Positions 58,151 to 64,000 of a stretch of 64,000 nucleotides of DNA are shown here, piece after piece (position 1 is the stretch's first letter; every line of letters begins with the position of its first letter). The notes beneath the pieces are model-generated. The model had not been told where the DNA came from. It saw nothing but the letters and a program-made list of their open reading frames with translations, and ran no database searches. Origin of the DNA: an uncultured virus (IMG/VR IMGVR_UViG_3300010002_000006) (lineage: Duplodnaviria > Heunggongvirae > Uroviricota > Caudoviricetes); IMG/VR virus record IMGVR_UViG_3300010002_000006, positions 62,001 through 126,000 of that record. The stretch is one strand, 5' to 3'. The position numbers and the translations under genes are program-made.

Positions 58151-59453
58151 GCTGGATTTCTTGTTTCTGGCCTTTCAGAAACGTGCTTATATTCGTAAGA
58201 CCTTTCTGTTGTCGATCTTTAGTTTGGTTCACGATACGCCGAATAACACCAAGCTGTTAAGTGAGATTCCGTTTGCGGTGCACCGTGACAAAGAGCGTCG
58301 GGAGATGTTCTTCTATAACGAAGCCAATCAAAAGGTTGTTCTCACGGGAATTGAAGACTTCAACAAGCCGCTGTTCTACAAGAACGACCCGATCAAAGTG
58401 GATCTGGGTTTCTACGGCTTTGAGAGTGAAGCGGTCGATACCACCATCGGGATCTTCCTGACCAACATCGTGGTGTTGTTCGAAAGCTTTGGAACCCGTG
58501 CTAACTTTATCAACGGTAAGATCTCCGGCGGGACGGTGATGGGGCTGATTGACAGTCTCATGGTGGATAACCCCACTCCTGACAATCCGGTACCCGAAGG
58601 CAAAGCTTCGGTTGATGATTGTTTAAAGGTCACCAAGCAGCTTGATTACCTGGAAGGTCTTAACAACGTCTTTGTTAAAGCCTCCTCCATTGATGTTCTT
58701 ACTGTTCACCCTGACGTCATCGCTCTGCGTGACCGACTCCTGAAGAAACTGGAAGAGGAAGGCAAGCTCGATGATCCCACTGCTGTTGCTCTGGCAATCG
58801 ATGAAGTTATTGCACTCGATGCCAAAATCCAATATGCGGGACCTTCAAAAGACTTCTTTATTAATGGCAAGTTTATTGATAACGCCCGTAAGAAGATGTT
58901 TATTATCTTTGACATGGTTCCTGATTTTAATACAGGTAAGTACCAACTCCTTCGTAAGTCCCTGAACGAAGGCTGGGATCCTGAACATTATCCGGAATAC
59001 ATCAACACCGCCGTATCAGCGTCGTTTGACCGTGGTAATGCCACCGGTGAAGGTGGGGCAGAGGTAAAGGTTGCAATTCTGTTAACCAACCGTATCTCGA
59101 TCGGCAGTGATGATTGCGGAACCGTACGGACTGAAGCGGTGTCAATCAATAAACACAACTTCAAAGGTTGGGTCGGTGGGTTCTACGTCAACAACGGGAA
59201 ACTGTTGGTGATTGAGAAAGGGGACAGTCATCTGATCGGGCAGACAGTTGCCATGCGCGTCCCACAGTTCTGTGTACAACCTGAAGACAATCTGTGTAAG
59301 ACCTGTGCAGGCATGAAACTCGGTGCAATCAGTACCCGTGTGTCAGCAGAAGTGGTTTACCTCTTTACTCAGTTTATGTTAACCAGGATGAAGGCCATGC
59401 ATGTGTCACAGTTGAAGACAATCACTATGACATTAGAACAAATTTTAAAGTAA
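58143..59453 (+). CDS. Phage RNA polymerase beta' subunit, middle fragment (probably virion RNAP)
   Basis: SFDRGNATGEGG (bridge-helix-like), SDDCGT and MRVPQFC...LCKTCAG zinc site match RpoC motifs; corresponds to phiKZ gp80 by remembered gene order. Confidence 0.82.
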   Translation: MHKLDFLFLAFQKRAYIRKTFLLSIFSLVHDTPNNTKLLSEIPFAVHRDKERREMFFYNEANQKVVLTGIEDFNKPLFYKNDPIKVDLGFYGFESEAVDTTIGIFLTNIVVLFESFGTRANFINGKISGGTVMGLIDSLMVDNPTPDNPVPEGKASVDDCLKVTKQLDYLEGLNNVFVKASSIDVLTVHPDVIALRDRLLKKLEEEGKLDDPTAVALAIDEVIALDAKIQYAGPSKDFFINGKFIDNARKKMFIIFDMVPDFNTGKYQLLRKSLNEGWDPEHYPEYINTAVSASFDRGNATGEGGAEVKVAILLTNRISIGSDDCGTVRTEAVSINKHNFKGWVGGFYVNNGKLLVIEKGDSHLIGQTVAMRVPQFCVQPEDNLCKTCAGMKLGAISTRVSAEVVYLFTQFMLTRMKAMHVSQLKTITMTLEQILK

Positions 59454-59469
59454 AAAAAATAGATACACA

Positions 59470-59506
59470 TAACCCCTACCCTTCCTTTCGGAGGGGTAGG
59501 GAGTTA
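59470..59506. terminator. CTAC...GTAG family hairpin at a convergent junction
   Basis: TAACCCCTACCCTTCC-TTTC-GGAGGGGTAGGGAGTTA. Confidence 0.75.
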
Positions 59507-59507
59507 A

Positions 59508-60077
59508 TTAGGCTTCAGCCACCGGCAGATCCGGCATGGTCGCTTCCAGCGCTTTCACAGTTTCCTGGATTTCCGCCAGCTTCTCTTCCGGTTTGTTGAG
59601 TTTCCACTCAAGGTTACCGAAGTGACACTGATGCTTCTGACCATCCAGGTGCATGACTTCCAGGTCATGGCGGCTGATACCTTTATAGATATCCGGCACG
59701 CTTAGGAAGGTTGAGGCGATAACACGCGACACGCCCACCGATTTGTAATCTTCAAACAGCGGGATACTGACCTGTGGGTAGTCATCAGGAAGATCTCCGG
59801 TAGAGATGTGCATGTCGCCGTCCAGATCGTAGGCAAGCTGACCTTTGACCGAGACCAGCACTTTATCGGTGACAATGGCGACATCGGTTTTGTAGCCGTA
59901 GAAATGCAGCGGTGACCAGGTATTGTACTTAGGATCCAGCGCAAGTTGGTCACGGATGTATTTCTCTTTGATCAGTAACGCATCGTCCCCTGACACACCG
60001 ATCAGTTGATCACGGAGTTCATCTTCCAGCAGTGGGAGACTGGCGATGCTCTGTTCTTTCTTGACAACGACGGACAT
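59508..60077 (-). CDS. HNH endonuclease-like protein, degenerate
   Basis: VSRVIASTF...VMHLDGQKHQCHFGNLEW follows the phage HNH pattern VHRLVA..F...V.H.DG.K.NN...NLEW with substitutions. Confidence 0.65.
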   Translation of the reverse strand: MSVVVKKEQSIASLPLLEDELRDQLIGVSGDDALLIKEKYIRDQLALDPKYNTWSPLHFYGYKTDVAIVTDKVLVSVKGQLAYDLDGDMHISTGDLPDDYPQVSIPLFEDYKSVGVSRVIASTFLSVPDIYKGISRHDLEVMHLDGQKHQCHFGNLEWKLNKPEEKLAEIQETVKALEATMPDLPVAEA

Positions 60078-60113
60078 ATACTTCTCCTTTGTGTGGGTAA
60101 AAAAGATTTGGAT

Positions 60114-60147
60114 TAACCTACCTTCCGCAAAATGGGAAGGTAGGTTA
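60114..60147 (-). terminator. CTAC...GTAG family hairpin
   Basis: TAACCTACCTTCC-GCAAAATG-GGAAGGTAGGTTA, 13-bp stem. Confidence 0.7.
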
Positions 60148-60151
60148 TTTA

Positions 60152-60712
60152 TTACGCGGCCTTATCGACTACGGTGGTGTTGATGGTAACGTTGAGGATT
60201 TCGTTCTTTGGATCGTAGCGGTAGGTAAACAGCTCGATGTGATCGAAGTAATCCATTTCACTGCGCAACACTTCAATGTCAGTGTTGTATTTGTCTTCGC
60301 TGATTTCTGCACTGAATCGATCAATGATTGCCTGCAGCATCTCTTCGAGTTGCTGGTACTCAGGTGTATCTTCAATCGTGTCGCTGACTTCAGTGTCATC
60401 TTCGCTGACCACTTCATCAACGGCTTCTTCGTCGATGGTGCGGTGATGGTACATGGCGAACAGCGCACTGGTGACCACACGGTTTTCGTGGTCAATCTGA
60501 TCCTCTTCTTCCGTTTGGACTTGACTTGGGTCTTTGACCGGCACGTCGTTGGCAGGGTACTTCTTGGCGAACACCACGTTCATGGCTGCTTCCAGGCTAA
60601 CGTGGATCTGTTCCGGGTTCAGACCATCGAAGAGGTCGGCGAAGTCACGCATTTTGAATTTGTAACTCACAGCCTGTTCAGGGATGATGGCATTGCTTGT
60701 ATTACTTAACAT
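60152..60712 (-). CDS. Acidic hypothetical protein
   Basis: Start moved to ATG 60712 (MLSNTS) with GGAG upstream; very D/E-rich. Confidence 0.65.
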   Translation of the reverse strand: MLSNTSNAIIPEQAVSYKFKMRDFADLFDGLNPEQIHVSLEAAMNVVFAKKYPANDVPVKDPSQVQTEEEDQIDHENRVVTSALFAMYHHRTIDEEAVDEVVSEDDTEVSDTIEDTPEYQQLEEMLQAIIDRFSAEISEDKYNTDIEVLRSEMDYFDHIELFTYRYDPKNEILNVTINTTVVDKAA

Positions 60713-60749
60713 AGATTCTCCAAAGATACATAATTTAGGTGTGGATAAA

Positions 60750-61130
60750 TTACCAGAGTCGCCAGGCGCTTTCACTGGGATCTACATAAAACTGAAGTCT
60801 ACTGAATTTTTTACCAATGTGGTAATCGTATTTAAGATAAAGCTCGCCGCTAAATGTCAATGATTGGTAGATGTAATCACTGGCAATCTGTTCGACGTTG
60901 GCCTTGATCTTTTCATAGATCTGATTGCACAGGGGTAAGTCCAGCGGGTCCAGGCATTGCGCGAGATATTGCGGAACCCCTACATCGAGTTCACATTCCC
61001 ACGCCAGACCCAAGATCACGCGCTCACCCAGCATGTAGGCAATAATCTCGTCGATAGGTGCAGAATCAGTAAACACGGCCAAATGGGTGTTGACATTTGG
61101 ATAGGTATAACTCACGATTTCCACGGACAC
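60750..61130 (-). CDS. Hypothetical protein
   Basis: 126 aa, GTG start with GGGAG upstream. Confidence 0.55.
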   Translation of the reverse strand: MSVEIVSYTYPNVNTHLAVFTDSAPIDEIIAYMLGERVILGLAWECELDVGVPQYLAQCLDPLDLPLCNQIYEKIKANVEQIASDYIYQSLTFSGELYLKYDYHIGKKFSRLQFYVDPSESAWRLW

Positions 61131-61504
61131 GGGGCTGGGCTCTCCCTTACAAATAAACGAATAAGGCCAGGATAACTTAACCAGGTGATGTCATCGATAT
61201 ACTCAACCTGACTGGCGAACTGTTCCAACTCACGGTCCATACTGGCCATGATTATTGTCAGTTGGTCGATCACCGCATCGTAGGTTCGGTTAAAGAGTTC
61301 AGATTGTCCAGCACCGATGTGTTCAGTGAGATGATCGCCAATGGTCAGGCGGGCATGCTCTTGCATCGACATGTCGAAGAAATCTAACTCTAACTTTTTA
61401 TGTTCATCAATCAGGTTAGCAACCCCGGCACCCAATACATCCAGCACAACCTCGTCACTAATACCGGGCACACCGATATTGAATGACACCACATCTACTT
61501 TCAT
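61112..61504 (-). CDS. Hypothetical protein
   Basis: 130 aa with AAGGTGGTGAG upstream. Confidence 0.6.
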   Translation of the reverse strand: MKVDVVSFNIGVPGISDEVVLDVLGAGVANLIDEHKKLELDFFDMSMQEHARLTIGDHLTEHIGAGQSELFNRTYDAVIDQLTIIMASMDRELEQFASQVEYIDDITWLSYPGLIRLFVRESPAPCPWKS

Positions 61505-61523
61505 TACTCACCACCTTAAAACA

Positions 61524-61551
61524 AACTTCAGAGGCTAGTGCCTCTGAAGTT
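61524..61551 (-). terminator. Intrinsic terminator
   Basis: AACTTCAGAGGC-TAGT-GCCTCTGAAGTT with minus-strand TGTTTT after it; follows the helicase stop. Confidence 0.7.
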
Positions 61552-61557
61552 GTGTTG

Positions 61558-63102
61558 TTAAATACGTGACCCACTGTCGATCAAGGTGAAGTGTTTCATC
61601 TTCTTGTCAAAGATCCCTTTTCGCTTGCGATGATAATCCACCTGCTTCGGAATATCCGGGCACACGAAGTACACAAAGATCGGATCAAGATCAGGCCACC
61701 ACTTGTCGATAGGACGGGTACGTCCAACCATCTGGTCATTACGCTGAGACGAACTCACAGCAATCGGACTGAAGACCACGTAGAGTTTCGGGATATCTTT
61801 ACCCGTACCACATGAACCTGGAGTCGTGACCACAACCTGGTGCTCACGGTAAGCAGTTTTGGTCTCCTTCTTCTTACTCTGCTCGCCGGTAAACACAATG
61901 GCATCAAGATCAGGATGGTCTTTCTTGAGCCGTGTCAGGAACATCTCGCACATTTCAATGGTTGCAAAGAACCACATCGCTTTCTGACCATCACGGTACG
62001 TATCGAAGTAGTAGGTCTTGAACGCCTCAGCAAGCATGAGGTAATATTGTTCAAAGACATACTTGTTCTTCATAATCGCCTGCTCAAACTTCACATGCGA
62101 ATATCCACCAAACCCTTTGGTGTTGATACGGTACTTCATGACGTCCATACGGTGAGTATACGCAATCACGTGGATGTACTTGGTGTACTCCGGTGGTCGC
62201 AGATAACAACGTGCAGGGAAGATCTGACTGTAGATCCCGTTGATAAAGTCATCGTCACCCTGAAGGGTTGCTGACAACGCCGCGGTCTTGGCATGGTTAC
62301 CAAACATCAGTGACATATAAACCGAGTAGATCGATTCATGTGCTTCATCAATGATGCGATAGCCACAGGCTAAGTCCCGATAGACCTCGTCCATGCACGG
62401 CAAACTGGGATCTTCTTTGACGCGTTTTAAGTACACGTCAATTTTAGTTAATGGCAAGATAATGAAGGTCGGATTGATCAGGCCCTCTTTCATTGCCCGA
62501 TGTACATCCTCAACCGAATACTTGTCAACTACCAAGATGTCAGTTGGGTGAACATCCAGAAACTCACCAATGGTTTTAATCCAGATGTCGACATAACGGG
62601 GAAGCACGGTAATCAACGTACGTTTACCTAACAGGTATGCCGTATAGATTGCCATAAAGCTTTTACCAAACCCGGTGGTTGCGTTGTTCACCACCACTGG
62701 ACTCGGGCCCGTCATAAACTCCACGTAATCTTCCTGCAGTTCGTTACGGGGTTTGATGTCTGGATTCCGCAATTTGATCTTTGCGGTGGCTCCCTGGATT
62801 ACCGCTTCGTCCTGAATCAGAATACGGTTTTCGGCATAGCCATTGTCTTTCATTAGCTGAATCAGTTCAGGCAGTTTCTCTACGTTGAACCTTAGCTCGG
62901 TTTTATCAGCGTTGAACCGAGCGAATACATGACTGACTTCCCACTTGAAGGCGTTGGGTCCACCTCCAGGGACGGGAGTTTTCTGAATTCGATAAAAGTG
63001 TTTCTTACAAAAAGGAATGAGCACTTGTTTAACGAGTTCAGGTTTAAAGTCAGTCAAACGAACATAGTTGTTCGCTTTGTGCACCACTAACGTTCTGCGC
63101 AT
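61558..63102 (-). CDS. Superfamily 2 (DEAH) helicase
   Basis: ATTGFGKS (I), IIDEAHE (II), LSAT (III), GTGKDIP (V) and QMVGRTR (VI); start moved to ATG 63102 with AAGAGG upstream. Confidence 0.88.
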   Translation of the reverse strand: MRRTLVVHKANNYVRLTDFKPELVKQVLIPFCKKHFYRIQKTPVPGGGPNAFKWEVSHVFARFNADKTELRFNVEKLPELIQLMKDNGYAENRILIQDEAVIQGATAKIKLRNPDIKPRNELQEDYVEFMTGPSPVVVNNATTGFGKSFMAIYTAYLLGKRTLITVLPRYVDIWIKTIGEFLDVHPTDILVVDKYSVEDVHRAMKEGLINPTFIILPLTKIDVYLKRVKEDPSLPCMDEVYRDLACGYRIIDEAHESIYSVYMSLMFGNHAKTAALSATLQGDDDFINGIYSQIFPARCYLRPPEYTKYIHVIAYTHRMDVMKYRINTKGFGGYSHVKFEQAIMKNKYVFEQYYLMLAEAFKTYYFDTYRDGQKAMWFFATIEMCEMFLTRLKKDHPDLDAIVFTGEQSKKKETKTAYREHQVVVTTPGSCGTGKDIPKLYVVFSPIAVSSSQRNDQMVGRTRPIDKWWPDLDPIFVYFVCPDIPKQVDYHRKRKGIFDKKMKHFTLIDSGSRI

Positions 63103-63234
63103 CTGACAAACCTCTTTACTGAAAAACCCTATATAATAGGGGGCGTCCAAAAGATACTTAGCTACCTGATTTGGACTCCAGTACTTTTAAATGCTAATTC
63201 CTTTTTGCGGGAAATCCATTTCCCCTACAGATAC

Positions 63235-63792
63235 TTACGTCTCTATAGATAGTGTCCCAGTAATCCATCCCCAACCTTTGATCGTCAGTTCCCGTGTTTT
63301 GAGATCTAACGTAAGGTCAATCAGAATAGGAACGTTGGTTAATGCCAGGCCGTTAAACTGACCGGTCAAGATACCCGGTTGTTTCTCAGCCAACTCAACG
63401 CGCCATCCCCAATCCAACAACCCTTCAGATAACCTGCCTTCTGCTTCGCAAATATAGTAGCGGTAAGGTTTTTCAGGTGTACCGATCTGTTCTTCAGTAA
63501 GGGTGAGTTTGCTGAGGCCGTGTTCGCCGCATTGTAAATAGACGTAATCGATGATTTCACCGGGTTCGTCTACTTTCTTTAAGTCTAACTTATTGACATC
63601 GATGTTGGGACCGTCGTACCAATATGCTGCCGTATACGCTTCGACAAACCGTGCTTTGGTGTATTCACGGTCTTCGGGTTTGATACGGGACTCAAAGTTC
63701 TTCCACTCTTCCTGAAGGGATTTGTCCAATTGAGATTCGACAAGTTTAAACCGCCGTTCTACTTCTTCGGGAAGAGTAGCGGTTACTTTCCC
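63235..63792 (-). CDS. Hypothetical protein, possibly made as a -1 frameshift extension of the upstream gene
   Basis: Track start is TTG 63729 without a clear SD; the frame is open further upstream to the GGGAAAG heptamer. Confidence 0.5.
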   Translation of the reverse strand, partial: GKVTATLPEEVERRFKLVESQLDKSLQEEWKNFESRIKPEDREYTKARFVEAYTAAYWYDGPNIDVNKLDLKKVDEPGEIIDYVYLQCGEHGLSKLTLTEEQIGTPEKPYRYYICEAEGRLSEGLLDWGWRVELAEKQPGILTGQFNGLALTNVPILIDLTLDLKTRELTIKGWGWITGTLSIET

Positions 63793-64000
63793 AGATCTTC
63801 ACCGTCGCCCAGTTTGTCTTCGGCCAGGTTCTGATCGTGTTCTGCGATGGTTGGCAGCGATTCGATTTCCACGTTGATCAGGGCAGAGGTCCAGCCATAA
63901 CCGGCGGCGCGAGTTTGACCTTCAGCGACGTCCACTTCCAGGATCATGGACAGGGTCGCAGGAATGTCTTTCTCTGCGTCAGAATACTGCAGGATGAAAC
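63783..64000 (-). CDS. Hypothetical protein, C-terminal part (enters from outside the window)
   Basis: Not in the track. Manual translation: FILQYSDAEKDIPATLSMILEVDVAEGQTRAAGYGWTSALINVEIESLPTIAEHDQNLAEDKLGDGEDLGK*. Confidence 0.7.
   Translation of the reverse strand, partial: FILQYSDAEKDIPATLSMILEVDVAEGQTRAAGYGWTSALINVEIESLPTIAEHDQNLAEDKLGDGEDLGK

Noticed and set aside
7587..60147. GTAG hairpins as REP elements or MITEs
   Set aside because: GTAG is inside the paired stem, inner sequences differ, copies are single, and no transposase or target duplication is seen.
1..64000. tRNA genes, CRISPR arrays, stop-codon reassignment
   Set aside because: Intergenic gaps are short with no cloverleaf or repeat-spacer pattern seen; standard-code ORFs tile the window and end in TAA, TAG and TGA.

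Overview
A 64-kb stretch of a phiKZ-like jumbo myophage genome (probably Chimalliviridae), densely coding and mostly on the minus strand. It holds the conserved core of this group: major capsid protein, a probable portal, two stand-alone multisubunit RNA polymerase fragments (beta N-terminal and beta' middle), DnaB and SF2 helicases, the exonuclease/motif-A half of a split family B DNA polymerase, RuvC, baseplate and tail-fibre-like proteins, and a cluster of helical inner-head paralogues with G-x-E protease motifs. I saw no tRNA, rRNA, CRISPR array or transposase. The main signals missing from the ORF track are: (1) a -1 programmed frameshift candidate (T TTT TTC, 54956-54962) joining a 544-aa Cys-motif protein to the next ORF, like a gpG/gpGT tail assembly chaperone; (2) a second candidate (G GGA AAG, 63786-63792) joining two apparently paralogous ORFs; (3) an overlapping i-spanin/o-spanin pair facing an internally duplicated membrane protein; (4) a family of CTAC...GTAG hairpins at all six convergent gene junctions; (5) a probably head-packaged HExxH metalloprotease-like protein. 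All calls come from motifs read by eye and remembered phiKZ-like gene order; no searches were run.
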